A DNA stretch of 64,000 bases. Source: Chrysomallon squamiferum (Eukaryota; Animalia; Mollusca). The stretch is from contig CM022670.1 in assembly GCA_012295275.1 (NCBI GenBank), forward strand, positions 23,188,001-23,252,000, in the 5' to 3' direction. The position numbers and the translations under genes are program-made. The notes beneath the pieces are model-generated. The model saw nothing but the letters and a program-made list of their open reading frames with translations, searched no databases and was not told where the DNA came from. Within the stretch, counting starts at the first letter, position 1. Each line of letters opens with the position of its first letter. This document shows, in pieces, positions 53,265 through 64,000 of the stretch.

Positions 53265-56200
53265 ATACATCCATAAAAATAAGACAACAATTATTCCCAC
53301 ATATAATATTATTACAATAGCAAAACAAGAAGAAAAAAAAAAGAACAACAACACTAGTAGTAATAATAATTCAATTATCGTAAATATTATGATTTTTCAT
53401 TTTCATTTCTTTTTAAAACAAAATATATATTACAGAGACAATTACCAGTCACACACATTAATTAATTAATGAAGCGTTGAATATTAATAAATATATGTAT
53501 ATGTGTGTATGTGTATATATATATATATACACACACACACACATATACACATACATACATACATACATATATATATATATATAAGGTGAACAATACTAGA
53601 ATAACGGACTAAATAGGGTCAGAAGTAAATAGAACAGTTATTAAATAATAACAGCCTAGGCATACTAACCAAAAATGTCTTGTAGTAACCATGACTATCC
53701 TTAAATATTTTTCTTTATGAAACACAAGTTTAAAATAAGCTATATTAAATATACTGTACAGTCCTAACGACAACACAACACAACAACAACACAACAACGA
53801 CATCAACAAACAAACCAAACAATATTTTTGAAATTCCTTGCAATGTATTATTACACAATTTTATTTAAAAATCACGATTAGTATCTCTCCTAAAAAAGGT
53901 CTAGACCAGCCACTGATTTTATAACCAGCAAATAAATTATAACAATATTGGATAATCCGAACTGTTGCCAGTACCAAACGTCTGAAACATTTTACGTCTG
54001 AAATATCTTCAGCCACCAAGTTAAGACGTGATCACTCAGCAGTTACTTACAGTTTTTATCTACAAGGCCAAAAAAACAAAAACAACAACAACAAAAAACC
54101 CACCCCAAAACCACATGAATTCGACAACAATATTTTGTTGTCGTTTATCGGTCATTTTATTTCTGAAACATAAATTTCTAGTATGACACAGTTACCGGCG
54201 ATCTACGCCATAACTCGCTAATTAATTAGAAGCAGATCAGAAAAATCAATATGACGACAAAATTACAGAGTTGTCGCTGTTTCTCTGGTTTCAGCGCAAC
54301 ATACGACTGCTCCATACAAAGGTGTTTTTTGTTTTGTTTTTGTTATACGGTGTATCTACGAGGTGGTCTGATTACTGCTAATTGCAGTGATCGACATCTG
54401 CAATGAACATAAACATTCATTACGGAAACTGTTAAACCAATACAAGGCAAAATGAGTATTATTTTCGCAGTGACGCGATAAAAGAAAATGGTCTTTAATT
54501 TCGCACTCTGTTTCGGAAATTATGTCACTCACGGAACCAGTGCACTATAACTTACGAATTAATTTTACATTGCATTTCCGCCCATTCTTGTTCGTAGCTC
54601 CAAAATAATCGTAGAAGGTGTAATGTTTTTGAGAATGTTTTATTTTTTTTTATTTTCCTGCTTTCAGCGTAAATAATAGTTTTTAATTAAACTAAAAGCT
54701 TTCTTCTAATTTCATCAGACCATCTGGAGTTTTAGCAAAGACATTAAGCCAAACATTTATTTATTTTTATTATGTCAGAGGTATATTAAAACATCGTGGT
54801 ACGTACGTTCCTGTCTGTGGGAAAATACATTTAAAACAATCCTTGATGCCACTGGGATTTCATGAGATTAATAAAATTACACAAGAAATGTAAAATACGA
54901 CATCCAATACCGATATCTGAAAATTAAAAGAAATACTAAAAAAGACAATATCGTTATCGATTTTTTTCATCATTATCATCATCATTATAAGTTCTATCAC
55001 ATCTTCATCAATATCATGTCATCTGTTACTATCATCACCACTTCCATAGACATCATTACTGTATATAGCATCCATGTTATGTTGCTGCTTCTACGTCAGA
55101 TAGCAACAACAATAAATTAACTATATATATAAAATCACAACAGAAAATCATCCCGTTACCACTATTTTCTTTAGAAAATAAAACTGTTGATTGGTAAAGG
55201 TATCGTTGCGTGACATACTGATATAAAAGATGTAGGAACACTGATGAGAAAAAAGTGTTAATGTGAATTCTTTTTTTCACAAACTGATTAATTCTTTGGT
55301 TAGAAGCAAGCTGGTAATGACAGCAGATCAGTTGATGTGACTTCATGTTACAAACAATTTCTTAGCATTTCCCATTAAAGTTAAACATTTTCACTTCTGT
55401 TTCTCAAAACATTGCTACTACTACTGCTACTACTGCTACTGCTACGGCTGATGCTGCTGTTACTGCTATCACTCTCAGTTTGTTTGGATTCGTACGTAAA
55501 CACTTTTTAAATATCTATACATACAGTATGTATGTTTCTACTTTCATTTTATTTAATAAAAATAATCTGTTATTGACAATAACTCATTTATTTCTTTGGC
55601 AATATGAACTGTGAAAAAGCCTTTTTATATTATCAAAAACGTCTTCACGTTTAAAAGAGAAAAAGAAAAGGAAATAAGTGAAAAATGGATGAATGAATGA
55701 ACGAATGAAAATGTTGTTGATTCACAACTCAGGACAAAGTCCGGGCAGTAATTGTTGTATTTCAGCACACAGATTTACTTTTCAGTAATGATTTTGAGAG
55801 AGGAAGCTTGCTACTGCCCTTTATAAGCTACTCTTAACGACTGGCTGTAATGACATATATACCTAATATACTGTGTCTTTGGCTCTAACAGGGAATAGCA
55901 CAATGGGCGCACTACCATCGAGTATTGATCCGTAGCTCTACGAAACAGGATGAAACGAAAAATAAATAATAAAATAAAATAAAGATATTTAGGATCTTGG
56001 CAGAGAAGGTCAAAATTAACTTTTAAATAAAATGAAATTAAAGAAGAAATAATGACAATAAAAATGAAAAAAAAAAAAGAAAAAAAAAAAAGGATACAGA
56101 TTTGAGTGTAAGAATAGAGAAGCGAAGAAACCGTGTACAGAGAAATCAATATCGTAGTAATAGAAGAAAAATCAGATAGCGAAGCTTGTATGAGTTGTTA

Positions 56201-57148
56201 CTAGCCTTCATTTCATAACCAACAACCCCATCACCAAGTCTTTGATCTAATTTGTAACGAGTCGACAAAGCAAAACAGAAAAAAAAAAAAAGAAAAAAAA
56301 TAAGGCAGAAAGAAAAAAAAAAAAGTAAGAAGAAAGAACACACACACACAAAAAAAAAAACGAAGAAGAAGAAGAAAAAAACAAAAGAAAGGATGAAGAA
56401 ATTTAAAAGAACAAAACAGTACATTTTGCTTTCCTCGGCGAAATCATTTTATTCCATCAGAGACAACCCACCTGATATTTTAATCACACTCTACACGCTA
56501 CCATTATGAAGACACATCAAAAGACTCTGTAACTCCACTGATGATCAAATTGGAAGTCTTAGAAAACTCGCTGTAATTACCTTCCTAGGCGCTGTAGTCT
56601 CTGATTACGTTATCAATGCGCTCCAACCGCACGCGGATCAAAAAGGTTGAGTTAAACCGGTAATTAATTAGCGAGTTTCTCTATTTATAAACCTTAAATC
56701 GTAAATAAAAAGATGAGTTCAGAGAAAATCTCGATTTTGTCAAAGATTCAAAGATTGCCGAGTTTTAAAAAGAAAAACACATTAATTTTCATGCTGTTCT
56801 TTTGTGTTTTGAATACGCTGGTATATACTGCAGGCTTTTTAAGATTCACCATGTAGTGATTACATTGCTTTTCAATATTTGTACCTTTTGATAAAATAAT
56901 TCAAGTTAATGAAAATATAATAATGACAATCATAGCAATTCGCCTTGTTTGCATGATGTGTCCTTATATTAAATATCAAAGGTCCAAACATCTTTATTCT
57001 TAAGTAAATGCCATTTAAATTTCGTTGATTTATGTTGATGACGCATATTTCAAAAGAACTGTTTTGTTTTTTGCCTCTGGTATTTTCTAAATGAAGTAAT
57101 AAAAGCTAATGGAAAAGTTATAATTAATAGTCTGTCCATAATTACTGA

Positions 57149-57196
<48 letters not shown>

Positions 57197-58122
57197 TCAA
57201 AAGAAAATTGAAATAGTATTATTATATGTTACTGAAATATTTCTAAACTAATTAGACTCCTAAAATGTCTGTCACCTCTGGGGATCTCTGGCGTTGACAA
57301 GTTACACTTTTAATTTTTGACTATTTGTCTGTCCTGTGTGTTAACCAGTGAGTTATTTAATACATACTGTTGTTACAAGTCTCAAGCTTTTCCTTGTGAC
57401 ACGTTTATAATTATTTTGTTAAAACTGTATGCACTTCGTCAGTATACGTACTTTACTGTTACAAAGGTCTGCTGATTTTGGCTTCTTATAAACATTTATG
57501 AGTTAATTTATATACCAACTAAATCAGGGCTTTGTTTTTCTTACTTCAAATATCATATCTGTGTCTCGTGTCATTTACTTTCTTGCCAAATTATTATGCA
57601 ACCGACAGGTTCCACGCAAATGAATCCCATTTACACCGAGTGCTGTAACCTTTCACAATAACGCAACACGCATGCTCGAAATACCGCTTCCTGGTGGTTT
57701 ACACAAACACGTCTGCAGAGATCGAGAAAGGGGTCGTGCTGTATACATACGACAACACGAACATGATGAAATCAAGATGGCAGACACATTTGCTGAATGT
57801 TAAGAGATCAGACTAACGGACCAGACACACAAATATTTTGTTTCTCTTTTCTTTTTCGTTAAACAAGCAGCCACTTGGTGTTCGTTATAGACAGAGAAAG
57901 GTTGTGTGTATTGAGTTGCTTGAACCACGCTTATTTAGCATTTCTGACAGGGAACAAGCTGCAGTGACAGTTGTGATATAATCTTAACTCTCAGTTTGAG
58001 AACGATAACAGCTCTTTACACTTTTCAGTCAAAAAACAAAACAAAACAACTACAGCTCATAATGAATTCAAAATGTGGCTGATCCAGTGAAAGGGATATA
58101 TATATATATATATATATATGTA

Positions 58123-59401
58123 TGGGGTAAGGTGGGGTAATTCTGGCCCCCTTTTCAATTCAACCTCACCTACAGCTTCACAGACAAATGGAAACAACGA
58201 ATGGAGTAAATAATGTATAGTATATGTATTTCTGCTTCACTAATCACAAACACTATATGCTTAATGCTTATACTTTTGAAATGGGAACAGGTTAAAAATT
58301 GTTTTCAGGGGCCAGATTTGCCCCGACGATTTGTGGTAAATCTGGCACCCATAATCATGATGCATTGTGGTCCTCAAATTTGTTGTACTGATTATTGCTA
58401 CATAATCATTGTCTACTACTAATAATAATTAGTCCTAATCATAGTACAAGTCAGATTCAAAACTTCAATAAATTAAACTCCTTGACAAATATCACACAAG
58501 ATTACAATATCTTTCAAGTCCGCACCAGCTGGGATTTCGAGGTTTGCGCAAGGATCAAAACAATACTAATTTAGAAACCGCCATATCCTATGAACTCGTT
58601 GGAATTCATGCTATCATCAACTCTGCCACAGAGTTCACATTTTTCTTGTGTATCTACTACATCTCTGTCTCCTAGTTCAGACTCGTCACCACCAACGTTT
58701 TCTTTCACTGAATCCATCGGTTCTGCTGTTGCATTCAAACTGAACTGCCGTTTTGCCTTTGGTATCTTGTCCAGGATTTTTTTTTTTTTTTTTACATCTC
58801 TCACATTTGCTCTTTCTGCCTCTTCTTTCTCCTTCCTCTTCTTCTCTGCCAACTCTTCTTCATACCTCTTGACACTTTCTTCTTCTGTCAATGCCTCGAC
58901 AGACCTCATGCGCTTGATTTTATTTTGAAGTTTGATGACTTGCCCCATCAGATGGACCATGGACTTTCAATTGTTACAAAAAAATTAAATAAAACTCAGA
59001 ATATCCATGGCGGCCAGGCTTGCCCCAAGTGATGGAGTAAAATAAGCCAGACATTCCTTGCCTAATTACCACATATTAATCAAGTTTCTTCTGCTGAACT
59101 TAATAATTGATTTTATGTTTACCTGATATAAGTTATAACTAACCTTATGTCTAGAGAACTAAAAAAATAACATTCACTTTTGAAACCTCAGAATGCACTT
59201 TTTTACAATCTTGTTGTTTTCATTACTTTCATGGCCACTATATTCCATGTGTAAACGTATGATAACCTACATCCTTTGTTCTAATGAGAGATAGGAAGGT
59301 TCTATTTATATCAGCAAAGTTCCAGACGCCTGAACAGAGCAGTATAGTGGCCTGTAAGTTATAATATACCTTGGGGGCCAGAATTACCCCACCTTACCCT
59401 T
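58123..59401 (-). mobile_element. Non-autonomous, internally deleted pogo-like (Tc1/mariner superfamily) DNA transposon, ~1.28 kb
   Basis: 27-bp perfect TIRs GGGTAAGGTGGGGTAATTCTGGCCCCC (58125-58151 and 59373-59399). TA at both flanks (58121-58122, 59402-59403) within a (TA)n tract. Internal TIR-like motifs near 58308, 58333 and 59012. Confidence 0.85.
58571..58960 (-). pseudogene. Remnant of a transposase C-terminus (charged coiled coil, acidic linker, degenerate PHD-like finger)
   Basis: ALTEEESVKRYEEELAEKKRKEKEE..KKKKK..CELC..EFIGYGGF resembles the LTxxE/KE-rich/CxxC..WIxCDxC tail of pogo-type transposases. No HTH or DDE domain is visible. It lies between the TIRs. Confidence 0.55.
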
Positions 59402-62400
59402 TATATATATATCTAAGAAATCAACATAACCATTACAGTCTTAGTATTATCATTATTATTTGAAGACATTTACAAAAATAATGATACGGTTCTTACTGTT
59501 ACAAGAACTGTAGAAACAACAAGGCTGATTTATAAGAAAACAAGCGTTTTCCTCTAGGCTCCTCCCAATCCCCCACCATCGCGACTAGAGCTAGATGGAA
59601 GAGCTTTATAAACAAAATTCAGTGAAGCCGAGGATTATGATTGGTGATTAAAAATCAGCAGTTTACAATTCCTTCTCTAAAGGAAATAAGATGTTATTGT
59701 TAACAACTGATACAAGAGAAAGTGCAAGAGTTCATTAGTAGGTTTCAAGTCAAAATATTTTGTATACGCTTTCATCAACAGTTTTACTGCACAAGTACTT
59801 CTGATTTCTGATCTGATATGCCGACTAGATGGAGTAAAAATGCAGTAAAAACACATATTTCAGTTCTTTCATTTTCTGCATCATTTTTTTTAGCTTGAAG
59901 CCCGGTATTACCCTTCTCATAAACATCAAAATACAAACGACATCAGTGATAGCACCTTAATTTTCCAAAATAACTTTTTATCCATTGCATATAGTGTTGG
60001 TGTAAATTTTGAAGATTTGTTTTTTTCTCGATTTGTTACAATTCTCAAACAGAGTAAAAAGAACATTAATGGAGGGTTGTTTGGAGACTTACATGTGTTA
60101 ATACAGTTATGACAGTGCCAAATGTATTATGCCCCATAGGTTCTGAAGCCATAGACTTCAACCTGCCAGACTTGTAGGTAAATGCAACACTGGAAATCAT
60201 ACATGCCCGACTGTTATTTATTTTATTTTATTGTTTTATCAAAACGTGTGATGTTTACATATATTCTTTTTCATGAAAAGTATCAGAGCGCCTGAAGAAT
60301 AATTTTAAATTTAAAATTACTTTTCAGTCCGAAAGTTAACTCCAGTTACTTCTCTATGGGGAAAAAAACCACTGAGAATAAACTAAACGCTTATTTTAAT
60401 GTGCTTGTCACAAGCACCGAAAATGTCCTTCATGAGAAACACACAAAAAACAAACAAAAAACCCCAAAACATCCTCGTTAATGACTTCTAACAACCGTTA
60501 CAAAATGTATCACAAAACATAACTTTCTACAAACCCAGAACCGTTATCATGAAATCAGCTGTAAAAATTTTCGTTAAACCAAATTAACAGAGATTTTGAA
60601 AGATGCAATTTTTCAAACACGTGTCTTATGTTATTGCTAACGTCTACCTCCTGTTTTTCTATCTCCAAAAGTGATGTTTACTATTTTCTGCTTGAAATAT
60701 TCATTTTAAAAAAAATAAAGAAAAAAAATTCTACATGCCTCTTTTTTAGAGGCATCTCAAACAGCTTAAAAACAAAAATGTGCTAGCATCAGATCAGTAC
60801 ATTGAATACCTCTCTCATATCTGAAAATCTCTTAATAAACGTTTCATGGTTCGGCGCCAGAGAAGTTTTCTTTGTAAAGCCGGCTAATAGTTCAGTCCAA
60901 GTAAACAACTGTAAAATAGGTTCTGTTACGTATAGACATGTACATTAATGTGCACACCTATACACAGGTATATGCAGTGCATATGGTCAGCTCCTAAAAA
61001 ACAGCCGTGTTTTGAATACAAATATGCTTTATATACTCATATTATTATTAATATTTTATCGTCGTCATCTTCATTATCGTCGTCATTGTTGTTATTATTA
61101 TTATTATAACAGCAACAACAACAACAACAACAATAATAATAATAATAATAAAGGTTTTGTTTTTAATATTATTTTAATGGGGTTTCGTCATTCATTCAAC
61201 CTAAAAATAAAATTTAATGTGATACACAGATATTAATAACCCTGCTACGATGTATTAGCTGGTGTCAAATCATACAGCGATGCCTGAATGATTCATCACC
61301 GAGAAAGGTTGTGCGTTTATAATTTTTTTGATGGTGGTTTTGTCGGCGTTTTTTTTTTTTTTTTTCCCCTACATATCAAGGTAGTGTTGGAATTATTTTT
61401 TTAAGATCTAGAATATCAAGGTTCATTTATCCAAATATTATGATGCTCACCCACATTAACTTATTTCCAACACTTTTTTTTCTAAAATAAAAACGTTCTG
61501 ATGTATTCAGTAATTTAACATCGTCATGTTTGATCGAACATCTTTGGTGGACCAGTTGGGTATTTTCCCAACCCAAATCCATTGTCAGCGACTGGTCTAT
61601 GAAAACTGTGGTATTTGTTGACTTACAGGAAAGAATATTTGCTCTCAGCATATATAGATAGCGCCGGGTTTCCTCTCAATATTTTGTTCAAATTAATGAA
61701 AATAATGTGACAACTAATAACCGATAATTAGTAATGGCTTCTAACGGTGGTGTTAAAGTACTGATAATAATGTTAGCAGTTCTTATTAAAAATGTAGACG
61801 CTTTTTGTAGTAAACCGACCATTTCGTAATAAGTATCAGTTCTGTAATAATGAAAATAAGTATGCATTATAGCTGAATAGACAAAAATATTTACGCATTT
61901 TGATGTATGTGTGAGATTTAGCTCGTGCTGCCGGCTGGTATACCAAAGGTTGTGATCATATGCACGCACGCGCACACACACACATACATCACAAATATAT
62001 CTAGACGTAATAAATTCCCTTGTGCGTGCACTCTCTCACAAACACACACACGACAAACTCATACACAAATACACACATACATAAATATATCACAAACTCA
62101 CTGACAAATACACAGACACTTACATCACATCACAAACTCACACATACATATACACACACAAATACATACACACACAGACATATTGCTCTACAGAGATATT
62201 TCTGGGAAATCGTCTGCGATACGCAATACTCAAATGAGGTCGAATTCGATCGGCTGATCTCTGAGCATGCATCTTACTCAGTTACAGTGAGTTTTATATG
62301 AACTGTACTGTGTCAGATGATAACTGCTAATGAATTTGTGTGACTTTTTGCAAACATTTCTTTCCAGATCATATAATAGTCATGTATAGAATTTTCACTG

Positions 62401-62617
62401 TGAATAATAAAACTTGTAAATTTGATTACCGGTATTAACACTTCAAGTAAAACATGTTTATTTATGACTGTTAATTCTGTTCTTATGACATTTTTTTGTT
62501 CTAATGCAAATGTATTCAAATACAATATGCGTTATCAAGGCTCTCTGGAAAACAATTAATTCGACACTTATTGGAAGTATAAGTCTGTCGTTTTTAAAGT
62601 CTAATGTTTTTAGAGAA

Positions 62618-62622
<5 letters not shown>

Positions 62623-62709
<87 letters not shown>
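62623..62709. repeat. (GA)n microsatellite
   Basis: Read directly from the sequence. Confidence 0.95.
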
Positions 62710-62712
<3 letters not shown>

Positions 62713-64000
62713 GTGAAGAAAATGAAAAAAAAAAAAAAAAGAAACATGGAAAATAAAGAGGGTAAAAGAAACTGGAAACTAATAAAAACAATGAGACTGA
62801 AACATTACAAAACAGAAGTAGAAAATCTTTTAACTTTTTTTTATATCGTTTGTATCTTTTGTTTAAATGTTTGTATTTTTTTTTTTTTTTTTTTTTTTAA
62901 ATTTGATCAGACATTCGCTGAAAGCAACAATCTAGTCCAAAACATTTTAAAATTGAATTTTCATTACACTCGTAAAACTGCTTTTGGCAAATTGATAACA
63001 ATAATTTTAATTTCAGTTGAAACCATTGCTACGAACAACGAAATAAACTGTAAGGCAAAAATTTTCTTTCATTTTTATTTATTTTTTATTTTTTATTTTT
63101 TGTCTTTTCCTTCCATTTATTTTTTCTCTCGTTCTTGTTGTTTAATCCTTTCGTATTTTTTTTTTTTTTCATCGTTATATTTCCAAGCTGGGAAGAATTT
63201 TACTGGTGTGTGTCATCGACAGAACTGTCTAAATGTGATAATTACAAATGGAAAACATGTTATATCTATTGGCAGCCAAGCTAAGAAAGCGGTCGTACGT
63301 AATGACATTTGATGTTTTTTACGATGTTGCTGAAACTGACTGGGAAAGGAACAACGTTTATTCGCGTGCCACTTTCACTTAAGACGGGTCGGCCATCTTG
63401 TGGAGAAATACCAAGATCGGATCAAAGATGTTCTCAGAGTAATAAACATGTCCTTCCGTACGTCTAATGGATGCAACATGCTACACAGAAGCAGAGTGGA
63501 AAAGAAAAGTACAATCTGTTAATCGATATCCAAAGATGAATTACATTCTGACATAATTTTTGGATGAATGGTGTTTGGTTTGGTATCGAACTCGTACGTT
63601 GGTTTTGAAATGACCGTTTTAAAACAAAGAACAGTATTATTGTTTAAGAAAGTATTATTATTATTTAAATCAGACTGTTATGTAGGGAATGAGCTAAATG
63701 GAGCAAATCGTATAATTTTATTATAAAAGTTTTGTTGTCACTGAGATAGATCTGAAGATTAAAGAATATATTATTTTCTAAATCTTATATTCATGAAAGT
63801 AAGATACTGTGAGCTAGCGATCTATATTTATGTGTGTATGTGTCTGAGTATGTGTGTGTATGTGTCTGTGTATGTATGGGCATGTGTCTGTGAATGTATG
63901 TGTATGTGTATATGTGTGTATGTGTATAATCTAATTCCGTCACCACCAACATTACCATCAGATGAACCATTAACATCATTATCGACGAAAAAATCTATTT

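Noticed and set aside
58590-58928. 112-aa plus-strand ORF
   Set aside because: It is the antisense shadow of the transposase remnant.
60773-60786. 14-nt match (CTAGCACATTTTTG, minus strand) to the 3' part of miR-96
   Set aside because: The seed region does not match and no precursor hairpin is evident.
62713-63312. 199-aa ORF
   Set aside because: It is built from poly-A/poly-T tracts, with no domain and no splice context.

Overview
This is AT-rich, microsatellite-dense, intron-containing eukaryotic DNA, from an invertebrate animal that is plausibly a mollusc or other lophotrochozoan (inference). Most entries in the ORF track are artefacts of simple repeats. Three spliced protein-coding genes can be rebuilt by hand. 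(1) DLGAP5/HURP on the minus strand starts at 7408 and runs off the left edge. (2) ARMH1 (C1orf228) on the plus strand starts at 8473, head-to-head with DLGAP5, and contains a clear U12-type (minor spliceosome) intron. (3) An ELOVL4-like fatty acid elongase lies at 25171-29562. From about 30 kb to 64 kb no gene is recognisable. That stretch holds CpG-rich enhancer-like blocks, a recurring AACTCGCTAATTA motif, several long foldback hairpins and an internally deleted pogo-like DNA transposon. Two hAT-type MITEs lie at 13.6 kb and 19.1 kb. The main oddities are a one-base reading-frame break inside the giant DLGAP5 exon next to a cryptic in-frame acceptor, a shared promoter with both mitotic (CHR/CCAAT) and ciliary (RFX X-box) motifs, and a sharp CpG-depletion boundary at about 17.6 kb. 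I cannot establish a wholly new biological system from the sequence alone.
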